NCBI GenBank assembly: GCA_964248365.1
Contig: CAXTYC010000018.1
Location: 1 to 64,000, forward strand
Direction: 5' to 3'
DNA length: 64,000 nt
DNA from: an uncultured Chroococcidiopsis sp.
GTDB lineage: Bacteria > Cyanobacteriota > Cyanobacteriia > Cyanobacteriales > Chroococcidiopsidaceae
Positions within the stretch are counted from its first letter, which is position 1. The number at the start of each line of letters is the position of its first letter. This document shows, one piece after another, positions 32,146 to 42,546 of this stretch. A program made the translations under genes and the position numbers. Under the pieces are notes generated by a model. The model worked only from the letters and a program-made list of their open reading frames with translations, was not told the origin of the DNA and searched no databases.

Positions 32146-33543
32146 TTACACAGCTGCGTCCAACTGTGACTCAGATACCCAAGTACCGTGGAATCCATAA
32201 GGTACTCGCTGGGGAATGATTACCCGCGCTACAGGTTCACTTGTAAAATCTTGGGCGTTCACTACGACTAGTTCAGAAGTATCCTGGGCGGTGTCGTGGA
32301 TAAAAGTTACAAGCCAGCCATCATCCTCTTGTGTTGCACCAGGGCGAGGTACAAATACAGCCTCACCGCCATAGCGCCCCTTGCCAAATTCATGGCTTTG
32401 GGATTTACCACTGTCGAGATCGTATTTGATTAAGCCGTCGAATAGTGGTGTGGAACTCTTCGCAGATTTTGCTGTGTAGCCATATCGGGTTTGCCGTCCT
32501 AATAGATTTTCGTTGATGCGGGGAAATTCCGCTTCTACATCGTCTAGCATCTGTTCGCGCACAGTACCTGTTTTAAGGTTGAACCGCCACTGATGCAGGC
32601 GGGGGATATTGCCTTCAGAATCTGATTGTGTATTTTGAGACATCAAGATAGTGGTAGAATTCATGCGACAGGCAATTAGTACTACTTCGTCGCCTTCTTC
32701 GTAAGCGTTGAGGGTATGGAAGATGTAGCAAGCTGGACTTTCAAACCAGCGGATGTTGCTATTATCGCCCCATCGGGGAAGAATACCAAAACGACTGGGG
32801 CGATCGCGCTCAAACATCATTAAAGGTTCTCCCCGTCGCATCCTTTCTACACTGAAAGTCACAGGCAGATCCATAAAGATTGTATAGTCTTCGCTAATGG
32901 CAAAATCATGCATCATCACCGCCATCGGTAGATCAATCGGTACTGTCCGCAACAATTCACCTTCAGGCGAAACTATGCTGTATTTTAGATAAGGTGGCGC
33001 AAACGAGTAGCCAAAGAACATCATTTCGCCTGTCACTGGATCTACTTTAGGATGTGCCGTGAAGGCAGAAGCTAGCTTGCCATTATATGTATATTCGCCA
33101 ACTGTCTCTAACTGGGGAACCTTAATCGCGTGAGGCGCACCACCTTCCCACGTAGCTAACATTTGACCACTGTGCCACACTAGGGCAGTATTTGCCGGAT
33201 TTTTGCCGAATCCGTAGGGGTTGTCCTTGCGCGGTGCTTCTAACAGTCCACTCCAAACCGCCTTACCCGCTTGTTGCTCGATTTTCCATGCTCGTGTTTG
33301 CACATAGCGGTTGCGATAAGTGGCTTTACCATTGCTAATTCGTAGCCCGTGTAACATTCCATCCCCATCAAACCAGTGATATTGTCCTATAGGTGTCCAC
33401 TGGGGATTAGGACCATTACGCACGAACATACCAGATAAATCGGCTGGTAACTCACCTATTACCTTCAGCGACTGGGTTGTGATTTCTTTTTGCACTGGCG
33501 CAAAGTTAGCATCAAGATAAGGATTGATTGCTGTTGTTTCCAT
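32146..33543 (-). CDS. Carotenoid oxygenase (CCD/RPE65 family)
   Basis: FVRNGPNP, HWFDGDGM, TAHPKVDP, MMHDFAI, EDDGW and RVPYGFHG. Start taken at METTAINPYL. Confidence 0.93.
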   Translation of the reverse strand: METTAINPYLDANFAPVQKEITTQSLKVIGELPADLSGMFVRNGPNPQWTPIGQYHWFDGDGMLHGLRISNGKATYRNRYVQTRAWKIEQQAGKAVWSGLLEAPRKDNPYGFGKNPANTALVWHSGQMLATWEGGAPHAIKVPQLETVGEYTYNGKLASAFTAHPKVDPVTGEMMFFGYSFAPPYLKYSIVSPEGELLRTVPIDLPMAVMMHDFAISEDYTIFMDLPVTFSVERMRRGEPLMMFERDRPSRFGILPRWGDNSNIRWFESPACYIFHTLNAYEEGDEVVLIACRMNSTTILMSQNTQSDSEGNIPRLHQWRFNLKTGTVREQMLDDVEAEFPRINENLLGRQTRYGYTAKSAKSSTPLFDGLIKYDLDSGKSQSHEFGKGRYGGEAVFVPRPGATQEDDGWLVTFIHDTAQDTSELVVVNAQDFTSEPVARVIIPQRVPYGFHGTWVSESQLDAAV

Positions 33544-33677
33544 TGGATCTGTTTTGTCTGCTTGGCACTTTGTCCAATATATGCGCGATCGCAAACAGTT
33601 GTGATTCGCCGAAAGCTAGAGGTAGTAATTGGGAACGATTCTAAGTAAGGATATTTCAAATTTTCAAAGCTCTAATT

Positions 33678-35123
33678 ATGAATCTCCCAGAAACAACCAC
33701 TTGGAATCAAGCCCACGCCACCTTCAAAAAAATTTGGGGTTATGAAGATTTTCGTCCACCCCAAGGGGAAATTATCAGCAGCTTATTATCTGGAAAAGAT
33801 GCTTTAGTAGTTATGCCCACAGGGGGAGGTAAATCTATTTGTTTTCAACTTCCGGCTTTGCTGCAAACAGGATTAACTCTGGTGGTTTCGCCCTTGGTTG
33901 CTTTGATGGAAAATCAGGTAAAGGAATTACGCGATCGCCATCTTCCAGCCGCCTTGTTACACAGTGAATTGCCAAGTTTTGAGCGATCGCAAACTCTCAA
34001 ACAACTCGAAAGACAACAACTAAGATTACTCTATCTGTCCCCAGAAACACTACTAAGTCAACAAGTTTGGCAACTTCTATGTCAGCCTCAGCTAAAAATT
34101 ACAGGCTTAATACTCGATGAAGCACATTGTCTAGTGCAGTGGGGAGATACTTTTCGACCAGCTTATCGGCGTTTAGGTGCAGTACGTCCAGCTTTATTGA
34201 AGTATAAACCACCTGGGACACAAATAGCGATCGCTGCCTTCACAGCTACAGCCGATCCGATTGCTCAGCAAACTATTGAGCAAGTCTTACAATTACAAAA
34301 ACCAGATATTTTTCTGCAAAATCCCTATCGAGAAAATCTCCACCTCAAAGTACAAACAATTTGGACACCGCGAGGACGTAAACAACAGCTATTAAAATTC
34401 ATAAAGGAAAAACCTGGTGAAGCGGGGTTAATTTACGTCCGTACCCGTCGAGATAGCGAGAGTTTAGCCGAGTGGTTGGAACAACAGGGATATACAACTG
34501 CTGCTTATCATGCGGGGTTAAGTCCACAAGAACGCCGCAACCTTGAAGCTAGCTGGCTGAGTGGCGAAAAGCAATTTGTTGTTTGTACGTCAGCGTTCGG
34601 TATGGGGATAAACAAGCCAAATGTTAGATGGGTAGTTCACTTTCATGCCCCATTGTTATTATCTGAGTATGTACAGGAAATTGGCAGGGCAGGTAGGGAT
34701 GGTAAGCCGAGTATAGCTTTGATGTTGATTAGTGAACCGACGGGATGGCTAGATCCAGAAGATAAACAACGACAGAGTTTCTTTGAAAATAAACTGCGAT
34801 CGCAATACTTGCAAGCGCAGCAGCTAGCTAAACAACTCCCAGTTAGAGGCGAGGTTAATACTGTAGCAAAATTTCCTGATGGGGCGATCACCTTATCTCT
34901 TCTCCACAGTGCAAAGCTGTTGGACTGGCAAGATCCATACAACTATATTATTCGTCAACCAGCACGACTTCAATCTCCGTCTAAATTTCCCGCCGCCCTT
35001 CAGATGATACAGTATCTTACGATTAAGCAATGTCGTTGGCATTTTTTGTTAACTGCTTTTGGCTTTGGGAAAGAAGCACCACAAGCAGGTTGTGGACATT
35101 GCGATCGTTGTATACAACAGTGA
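33678..35123 (+). CDS. recQ: RecQ-family ATP-dependent DNA helicase (short form)
   Basis: MPTGGGKSICFQ, DEAHC..WG..FRP, TATA, AFGMGINK, QEIGRAGRDG and CGHCDRC. Confidence 0.92.
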   Translation: MNLPETTTWNQAHATFKKIWGYEDFRPPQGEIISSLLSGKDALVVMPTGGGKSICFQLPALLQTGLTLVVSPLVALMENQVKELRDRHLPAALLHSELPSFERSQTLKQLERQQLRLLYLSPETLLSQQVWQLLCQPQLKITGLILDEAHCLVQWGDTFRPAYRRLGAVRPALLKYKPPGTQIAIAAFTATADPIAQQTIEQVLQLQKPDIFLQNPYRENLHLKVQTIWTPRGRKQQLLKFIKEKPGEAGLIYVRTRRDSESLAEWLEQQGYTTAAYHAGLSPQERRNLEASWLSGEKQFVVCTSAFGMGINKPNVRWVVHFHAPLLLSEYVQEIGRAGRDGKPSIALMLISEPTGWLDPEDKQRQSFFENKLRSQYLQAQQLAKQLPVRGEVNTVAKFPDGAITLSLLHSAKLLDWQDPYNYIIRQPARLQSPSKFPAALQMIQYLTIKQCRWHFLLTAFGFGKEAPQAGCGHCDRCIQQ

Positions 35124-35223
35124 TGAAATTATTAAGTTAATTTAAACTAGTCCTAGCTTCCAGGCTCAGCTTGGAAGCAGGGTAAGGCTTCGCCTTGAGA
35201 TTGTTCGCTTTCTATAAAAACTT

Positions 35224-36264
35224 ATGAGTAACAATTTAGAGCAATTTGCGAGTGATAACGGTGCTGGGATTTGTCCTGAAGCACTGGAATACATGATTAA
35301 AGCAAATCATGGTAGTGCGCCTGCTTATGGTAATGATGAATGGACGCAAAAAGCCACAGATTATTTTCGAGAACTATTTGAAATTGACTGTGAGGTATTT
35401 TTTGTCTTTAACGGTACAGCCGCAAATTCTTTATCATTAGCCGCACTTTGTCAGTCCTACCACAGCGTCATTTGTCATGAGACAGCACATATAGAAACAG
35501 ATGAATGTGGTGCGCCTGAATTTGCTTCCAACGGTTCTAAACTTCTACTTGCAAAAGGGGAAAATGGTAAGTTAACTCCCCATGCTATAGAAGCAATTGT
35601 AAATAAACGAACTGATATTCACTTTCCCAAACCTAAAGTTATTAGTATCACTCAAACTACTGAATTGGGAACTATATATTCTGTTGAGGAACTAGTAGCT
35701 ATTAAAGAAGTCGTACAAAAGTATAATTTAAAGCTTCACATGGATGGCGCTCGGTTTGCTAATGCAGTTGTTGCTATGAATAAAAGTCCGGCTGAAATTA
35801 CCTGGAAAAGTGGAGTAGATGTATTGTGTTTTTGTGGGACAAAGAATGGTATGGCGATGGGCGAAGCTATTATTTTCTTCAACAAAGCCTCTTCTGAAGA
35901 TTTTGAATATCGTTGTAAACAGGCTGGTCAACTAGCGTCAAAAATGCGCTTTATTTCTGCTCCTTGGTTAGGTTTGTTGGAAACTGGCGCGTGGATTAAA
36001 AATGCACGACACGCCAATTCTTGCGCTGAATATTTAGAAAATAAGCTATTAGATATAGAAGGCGTTAATATTCTGTTTCCTAGACAAGCAAATGGTGTTT
36101 TTGTCAAGTTACCTGAGCAGGTAATTAAAAAATTAAGAGATAACTGGCAATTTTATACATTTATTGGTGGAGGAGTGCGATTAATGTGTTCTTGGAACAC
36201 AACGCAGTCAAGAATTGATGAATTGGTAGGCGATATTAGGGAAGCGATGGTAAATTATTTGTAA
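35224..36264 (+). CDS. ltaE: Low-specificity L-threonine aldolase
   Basis: FASDN, AYGND, NGTAAN, HMDGARF and GTKNG. Confidence 0.85.
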   Translation: MSNNLEQFASDNGAGICPEALEYMIKANHGSAPAYGNDEWTQKATDYFRELFEIDCEVFFVFNGTAANSLSLAALCQSYHSVICHETAHIETDECGAPEFASNGSKLLLAKGENGKLTPHAIEAIVNKRTDIHFPKPKVISITQTTELGTIYSVEELVAIKEVVQKYNLKLHMDGARFANAVVAMNKSPAEITWKSGVDVLCFCGTKNGMAMGEAIIFFNKASSEDFEYRCKQAGQLASKMRFISAPWLGLLETGAWIKNARHANSCAEYLENKLLDIEGVNILFPRQANGVFVKLPEQVIKKLRDNWQFYTFIGGGVRLMCSWNTTQSRIDELVGDIREAMVNYL

Positions 36265-36344
36265 TTCGTAATTAACTATTAGCTGTCTCCTTTATACTTG
36301 TTCAAAAGTAGTTACTGTGGGGTTGAGCGTTCAAATAATCCACT

Positions 36345-36923
36345 TTAGGGGGCATCAAACTCAACCTTATCGTAAATATCTGTTAACGACACTTGAACTT
36401 GAATAGAATTTAAAGTTAATATAGTATTCTTACCATCATATTCAGAAAGTAACCATTTGTTATCAGCAGTTTTGGCAAATTGTTCAACGTGCATCTCTGC
36501 TTGAGAAAGCAAAACATATTCCAACAAAGTAGGAATAGTACGGTAAAGCCTAAACTTTTCACCTCGGTCATAGTTGGCGGTAGATTCTGATAATACCTCT
36601 GCAATTATTAGCGGATTGGTAATTGTATCTCTCCTACCTTCGGCAAATTGTAGCTGTCCTGAAACCACCATCACATCTGGATAGGTGTAAAGTCGGACTT
36701 GAGGTATCCATAAGCGCATATCGCCTATGAATACATCATATGCTTGTCCTTTCAAAGCAAAATTCAGTGCTGCGTAAAAATTACCTGCGATTCGATTGTG
36801 ATTTGGTGTTCCACCAGCTATAGGAATAATTAGACCATCACGATATTCACTTTTAGATTCAGCAGCGGTTTGTATTTCTAAATATTCTTCTGGTGAGTAG
36901 TCTCGCTTTTCTTTAGTTTGCAT
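36345..36923 (-). CDS. Uma2 family endonuclease-like protein
   Basis: SEYRDG, YTYPDVMV and EVLSESTANYDRGEKF. Confidence 0.9.
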   Translation of the reverse strand: MQTKEKRDYSPEEYLEIQTAAESKSEYRDGLIIPIAGGTPNHNRIAGNFYAALNFALKGQAYDVFIGDMRLWIPQVRLYTYPDVMVVSGQLQFAEGRRDTITNPLIIAEVLSESTANYDRGEKFRLYRTIPTLLEYVLLSQAEMHVEQFAKTADNKWLLSEYDGKNTILTLNSIQVQVSLTDIYDKVEFDAP

Positions 36924-37010
36924 ATTTTTGATTGCTTTATAATTTAACCAATGTTGTAGAAACGTTATATATAACGTTTTTACATTATATACAACGTCTC
37001 TACGTTGGAT

Positions 37011-37412
37011 CTATCCCATCAAAATCACTGTATCAATTACATGAATTACACCGTTATCGGCTTCGATATCTGGAGCTAGAACAGTGGCATTTTTCACCTC
37101 AAATCCATCAGAACAATCAATTCTAATTGGTGAACCTTCCACCGAGGTGACAGAATTGAGTTTTGCCAAATCAGCTTTCATTAACTTACCAGGAACAACA
37201 TGATAAGTCAGAATTCTTGACAATTGTGGTATATTCTGTAATAGAGTTTGGATAGTTCCAGGTGGAAGTTTGGCAAAGGCATCATCATTAGGTGCAAAGA
37301 CAGTGAAGGGACCAGGACTTTTGAGCGTGTCCACTAAACTAGCAGCTTGTACCGCCGCTACTAGAGTGTTGAAAGAACCCGCGCCAACAGCAATATCTAC
37401 TATATCAGCCAT
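37011..37412 (-). CDS. Fasciclin (FAS1) domain protein
   Basis: [22 protein letters not shown] and [11 protein letters not shown]. Confidence 0.93.
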   Translation of the reverse strand: MADIVDIAVGAGSFNTLVAAVQAASLVDTLKSPGPFTVFAPNDDAFAKLPPGTIQTLLQNIPQLSRILTYHVVPGKLMKADLAKLNSVTSVEGSPIRIDCSDGFEVKNATVLAPDIEADNGVIHVIDTVILMG

Positions 37413-37564
37413 GTATTTTCACTCTTTTCTGAATAAAAGGCTCAATTAAAGAGATTAAACTAATTTTCGTTTGACAAGCGATCGCTTGACCACTTAACCT
37501 ACAATATTTTCATAACAGCCTCCCCTGCGTCCTCTTGCTTACCCTTCACTCTTAAGATGGTGTT

Positions 37565-37718
37565 TACGGGTAAAGATATAGTTCTTTATACAGTATAAAG
37601 ACGACAAGCAGGACGAAGGCAGCAATGATAGCGGTGTCTCGAACTTCATCACTATTAACACCAAGATATTATCAAATAAGAAGTGATTGAGGTTGATGAG
37701 GTTGTCTTTTTGAACTAT
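37565..37718 (-). pseudogene. Remnant of a Mn/Zn ABC transporter permease
   Basis: The minus strand reads IVQKDNLINLNHFLFDNI and, after a frameshift, GVNSDEVRDTAIIAAFVLLVVFILYKEL. Confidence 0.65.
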
Positions 37719-37756
37719 TGGTTAATTCTATTCGGGATACATTGATTTTGGTTTAA

Positions 37757-38211
37757 TCAGAGGATAAAAAGAAATTTACCCAGAATGCGACGCGACTAAC
37801 GACTCAATTGAAGCAATTGGATAGGTGGTAACTCACGGAAATTCAAACTATCCCACCTGATAAGCCCAGATTGGTAACAACGCACGATGCATTTCAATAT
37901 TATGGTGGTGGGTATGGAATTGCGATCGCAGGCACTTTAATTGGTATCAGTACAGAAGAACAACCCATTAGTAGAGGCGGTCAAAAAAGCCCAGGTTCCG
38001 GCAATTTTCGCCGAAACTACAATCAATCCGGCTCTAATTACTACAGTTGCTCAAGAAGCAGGAGTAAAACTAGCTAAGCCAACTCTACTCAGATTCGATT
38101 GGATCACCAGGTAGTGAGGGAGATTCGTATATAAAGATGATGCAGTCGAATACGCGCACGACTGTAGAGGCGTTGGGGGGAAAGTATACGCCATTTGTGC
38201 CATCTCGGTAG
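37757..38211 (+). pseudogene. 3' remnant of a Mn/Zn ABC transporter substrate-binding protein
   Basis: FTQNATRL..LVTTHDAFQYY..LIGISTEEQP, then a frameshifted VPAIFAETTINP..LYSDSIGSPGSEGDSYIKMMQSNT. Confidence 0.8.
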
Positions 38212-38369
38212 GGGCGGGTTTAACGCAAAGATTTGTTACAAAACAGATATGTTAGAAAAACCCGCCCCCACCCCATCCAAAATCTATGGGTTCAAAATAT
38301 TATAAAGGAGCGATCGCCCAATATTTAGGCTAGACGAGTTATAATCCCAAGGTCTGGTCAAACTGTGGC

Positions 38370-39680
38370 ATGGATAGCAAACAACGACCTATTGGTATGG
38401 ATTTGTTCGCGGGCGCTGGTGGCATGACGCTTGGCTTTGAACAAGCTGGGTTTGACGTGCTTGCTGCTGTTGAGTTAGACCCAATTCATTGTGCCACCCA
38501 CGAATTCAACTTTCCGTTGTGGTCTATCTTGTGTAAGAGTGTCGTAGATACAACAGGTACAGAAATTAGAAACCGTTCTGCTATTGGAAACTCTGATATA
38601 GATGTTGTATTTGGGGGTTCACCTTGCCAGGGATTTTCGCTGATTGGCAGACGCGCTTTAGATGATCCCCGCAATGCTCTTGTATTTCACTTCTTGCGGC
38701 TAGTTTTAGAGCTACAACCTAAATACTTTGTATTTGAGAATGTACCAGGGCTGACAGTTGGTAAGCATCGGCAGTTTCTCTTAGAAATTATCGAAGAGTT
38801 TAACTCTAATGGCTATGAAGTAGAAACAAATTATAAAGTCCTTAATGCTGCCAATTACGGAGTACCGCAGGACAGAGCCAGATTATTTCTTCTAGGATGT
38901 CGCAAAGGTTTATCTCTACCTAAATATCCCCAACCAATTACTAAACCCACAAGAGATATTATTCACAAGGCATCTACATTGTCCGATTTGCCAGTTTGTC
39001 CTACAGTTTGGGATGCCATAGCTGACCTACCAGAGGTAGAATTATATCCCGAATTACTGACGAGAGATTGGGTAATAGCCGAGTACGGCAAACCTAGCAA
39101 TTACAGCAGTTCTTTGCGTGGTCTTTTACCTCATGAGGATGACAATGAGTATGAGCGGCTATTCGATCCAAGAATCTTAACCTCAAGCCTGCGAACAAAG
39201 CACAGCTTAGAATCTATTGCTAGATTTTCTGCCACAAATTCTGGGGCAACTGAGCCTATTAGCCGCTTTTATAAACTCGATCCTCAAGGCATTTGCAACA
39301 CTCTCAGAGCTGGAACAGCTAGTAACCGAGGCGCTTTTACCTCTCCTCGCCCAATTCATCCCACCCGTCCTCGATGTATTACTGTCCGCGAGGCAGCGCG
39401 ACTGCATTCATACCCAGACTGGTTTCGGTTTCATGTGACAAAGTGGCACGGTTTCCGGCAAATCGGAAATTCAGTACCACCCCTACTAGCAAAAGCAGTT
39501 GCAACAGAAATTATTCGCGCGCTGCGTGTAGTTCCAGTTAAGCCAAAACACAAGTTACCCCTAGCAAATGAGAAATTGCTTCAATTAAATATGTCGCAAG
39601 CGGCTCAAATTTATGGTGTTCCTGCAAACGTTATAGAGCCGAGAACAAGACAGACCGAAAAAAAGGTTAGTCATGGCTAA
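38370..39680 (+). CDS. DNA (cytosine-5)-methyltransferase
   Basis: DLFAGAGG, GGSPCQGFS, FENVPG, YGVPQDRAR, TVREAARL and QIGNSVPP. Confidence 0.95.
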   Translation: MDSKQRPIGMDLFAGAGGMTLGFEQAGFDVLAAVELDPIHCATHEFNFPLWSILCKSVVDTTGTEIRNRSAIGNSDIDVVFGGSPCQGFSLIGRRALDDPRNALVFHFLRLVLELQPKYFVFENVPGLTVGKHRQFLLEIIEEFNSNGYEVETNYKVLNAANYGVPQDRARLFLLGCRKGLSLPKYPQPITKPTRDIIHKASTLSDLPVCPTVWDAIADLPEVELYPELLTRDWVIAEYGKPSNYSSSLRGLLPHEDDNEYERLFDPRILTSSLRTKHSLESIARFSATNSGATEPISRFYKLDPQGICNTLRAGTASNRGAFTSPRPIHPTRPRCITVREAARLHSYPDWFRFHVTKWHGFRQIGNSVPPLLAKAVATEIIRALRVVPVKPKHKLPLANEKLLQLNMSQAAQIYGVPANVIEPRTRQTEKKVSHG

Positions 39681-40476
39681 GGCGAGAAACCAGCCTGGAA
39701 GATACGACGCTATTATCGTAGAGATTTTTCAGCGGCACTATCAGCAAGGAATTGAAAGTTTTGAGTTTAGCCGTTCTGAATTTGCCCAAGTAGCAGATCA
39801 CCTTAATGTTGTTTTGCCTAAAAATATTGGTGACGTTCTTTATTCATTCCGTTTTCGGAGAGATCTACCAAAGGAAATCTTAGACACTGCACCCACTGGT
39901 TTGGAATGGGTGATTGAACTAGCTGGACACGCTACTTATAGGTTCCGGCTTAGCCAGATTAATCGTATACTTCCCAACTCTAATCTTATACAGATTAAGA
40001 TTCCTGACTCTACACCTGAAATCATTGCAAAGTATGCATTGAGCGATGAGCAAGCTTTGCTGGCAAAGGTACGCTACAGCCGTCTAATAGACATATTTCT
40101 GGGAATTACAACATATTCCTTGCAAAACCATCTCCGAACTACTGTCCCAGATATTGGTCAAATCGAAATTGACGAAATCTATGTTGGTGTGAACCGTAAT
40201 GGAACACATTTCGTGATTCCGGTTCAAGCAAAAGGTGGAAATGACCAACTTGGAATTGTTCAGACTAAGCAAGACATCGCCTGTTGTGCAGTAAAGTTTC
40301 CAGAATTGATTTGTCGCCCTGTAGCTGCCCAATTTATGGCAGACAATCTTATAGCGATGTTTGAATTGGCTTTGGAGGGAGACGAGATCGCAGTGGTTGA
40401 AGAAAAGCATTACAAAATGGTTCCGGCAGATGAAATTTATGACGAAGAGTTACGTAGCTATAGAATTCGAGAATAA
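39673..40476 (+). CDS. Putative type II restriction endonuclease (PD-(D/E)xK-like)
   Basis: 8-bp overlap with the methyltransferase gene and the motif E-Q..IEIDEIYVG..IPVQAKG. Confidence 0.75.
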   Translation: MAKARNQPGRYDAIIVEIFQRHYQQGIESFEFSRSEFAQVADHLNVVLPKNIGDVLYSFRFRRDLPKEILDTAPTGLEWVIELAGHATYRFRLSQINRILPNSNLIQIKIPDSTPEIIAKYALSDEQALLAKVRYSRLIDIFLGITTYSLQNHLRTTVPDIGQIEIDEIYVGVNRNGTHFVIPVQAKGGNDQLGIVQTKQDIACCAVKFPELICRPVAAQFMADNLIAMFELALEGDEIAVVEEKHYKMVPADEIYDEELRSYRIRE

Positions 40477-40506
40477 AAACGCGACGGCACCCTCCCCATA
40501 TCCAAC

Positions 40507-40570
40507 ACCGTCAAATCGCTACCGAAATTAAATAAAATTAAACTTATCTAAATCTGATAAAACTTAAACA
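40507..40570 (+). repeat. 64-bp direct repeat, copy 1
   Basis: ACCGTCAAATCGCTACC..CTGATAAAACTTAAACA, 62/64 identical to 41574-41637. Confidence 0.9.
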
Positions 40571-41458
40571 AAAGTGTAAAGGTAGCATTTATTGGTAAGA
40601 ATGCTTATAAACGTTTTCCCAATGATGAAGAATTTCGCACAGCGTTTGTAGTTAAAGATATTTATAATTTGCGTAACTGTAAGTATCTGCTGAGTAAATT
40701 AGAAAACTGCGAACGTCCAAAAGAATTAGTGAATGTAGAAGAATATACTATTGAACACATCATGCCCCAAAATTCCAAATTGTCTAAAGAATGGCAAACC
40801 CAGTTAGGAGAAAGGTGGAAAGAAGTACAAGCAAAATATTTACACACTATTGGGAATCTGACTCTAACTGGCTATAACTGGGAGTATAGCGATCGCCCCT
40901 TCCCAGAAAAGCGAGATATGAAAGATGGCTTTGCTGATAGCCCTCTGCGGTTAAACCGGATGTTGTCAAAGCTTGAACAATGGAATGAAACAGAAATTAA
41001 GAATCGAGCAGAAGCTTTGGCAAATAAAGCTATTAAAGTTTGGTCATTTCCATCCGTACAGTTAAAACTTAAAATTTCGCCCTTTTCTGATGCTTATAGT
41101 AACAATTACATGGAGGATATTTCAGAAGAAATTAAGGATTTATTAGAGACTATTAGGAAACGAATATTAAATATAGATGCCTCAGTTAGAGAGGAGGTTA
41201 AGAAGAAATACATTGCTTATAAAACTAAAACCAACTTTGTAGACATTGCACGTCAGAAAAGCCGCCTTCTCTTGTTTCTTAATATTGGTTTTGAAGAAAT
41301 TAAAGATCCGCGCATGTTTGTGTCGAGACGTATCCAATGTAGGGCATTGGGGTAATGGTGATGTGGAAGTTGGTTTTTCATCCTTAGACCAGATTGATGA
41401 TGTAATGTTTTTAGTACGTCAGGCTTTCAACAAGCACAGCGAGGGTGTGGCTGATTGA
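40571..41458 (+). pseudogene. 5'-truncated GmrSD-like (DUF262/DUF1524/DUF5655) nuclease remnant
   Basis: Starts abruptly (..YKRFPNDEEF..). Has the DUF1524 motif TIEHIMPQ..HTIGNLTLTGYN and a DUF5655 tail (YIAYK..GHWGNGD) with a frameshift near 41315. Confidence 0.8.
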
Positions 41459-41573
41459 AAACGGCTGTGTGCTGATGCTCAAGATTTTTCTCTCTCCCAG
41501 GCAAGAGCCTGGGTACAAGCTTGGGGAAGATCCTATCTCCCCTGTTTTGATAATGCATTGCAAAAGGTAAGAA

Positions 41574-41637
41574 ACCGTCAAATCGCTACCAAAATTAAAT
41601 AAAATTAAATTTATCTAAATCTGATAAAACTTAAACA
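41574..41637 (+). repeat. 64-bp direct repeat, copy 2 (deoC upstream region)
   Basis: Matches 40507-40570 and ends 23 bp before the deoC ATG. Confidence 0.9.
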
Positions 41638-41660
41638 TAAGTAACTACAAGCAACAAACG

Positions 41661-42350
41661 ATGGCGGCAGACTACCGAGAGATTGATATTGCGCCATTTA
41701 TTGATCACTCTCTACTCACTCCGACAGCAACGCCGGAGCAGGTGCAGCAGTGGTGCAATGAAGCAGACAGATTTCAGTTTGCAGCAGTTTGCGTTTATCC
41801 TGTTCATGTGCGCACTGCGGCTGAACTCCTCAAGGGTAAAAATCCTAAAGTCTGTACGGTGATTGGCTTTCCTACCGGAGCAAATACCTCATCCGTGAAG
41901 TTGTATGAGGCTCAGGAGGCGGTAGAAAATGGGGCAACGGAACTAGATGTAGTAATTAATCTAGGCTGGTTGAAAACTGGGAAAACGAATGAACTACACC
42001 GAGAAATCGCCCAAATTTGTGAAGAAACGGGAAAAACAGTCAAAGCAATTTTAGAAACCACCCTCCTGACGGATGCAGAGAAACGACTGGCAGCGGAAAT
42101 ATGTATGGATGCGGGAGTAGCCTTTTTGAAGACCAGTACAGGCTGGAATGGGGGTGCAAGTGTGGCAGATGTGCGAAGTCTCAAACAAGTAGCGAAAGAA
42201 CGGGTAGGCATCAAGGCATCAGGAGGAATTCGTAGTGTTGACCAAGCCTTGGAGTTAATTATGGCAGGCGCAACCCGATTAGGTACTTCGCGCGGTGTAG
42301 ATTTGATCCGCCAACGCGATAACCTGGATAAAGAGGCAACTGAAGTATGA
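41661..42350 (+). CDS. deoC: Deoxyribose-phosphate aldolase
   Basis: [35 protein letters not shown] and RLGTS. Confidence 0.96.
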   Translation: MAADYREIDIAPFIDHSLLTPTATPEQVQQWCNEADRFQFAAVCVYPVHVRTAAELLKGKNPKVCTVIGFPTGANTSSVKLYEAQEAVENGATELDVVINLGWLKTGKTNELHREIAQICEETGKTVKAILETTLLTDAEKRLAAEICMDAGVAFLKTSTGWNGGASVADVRSLKQVAKERVGIKASGGIRSVDQALELIMAGATRLGTSRGVDLIRQRDNLDKEATEV

Positions 42351-42546
42351 AGTATGAAGTCTTCAGGAGTCAGGAGTCAGGAGTCAGGAGATCCACGAAG
42401 ATCGACCCTGGACAGAATATTAATTCTTTCCCTTTTCCCTTTTCCCTTTTCCCTTTCCCCTTTATCCTTCAACCTTTACCCTTTTTGCCTTCAACCTACC
42501 CCTTCTTCTCCCTAGCCCCTAGCCCCTAGCCCCTAGCCCCTAATTT

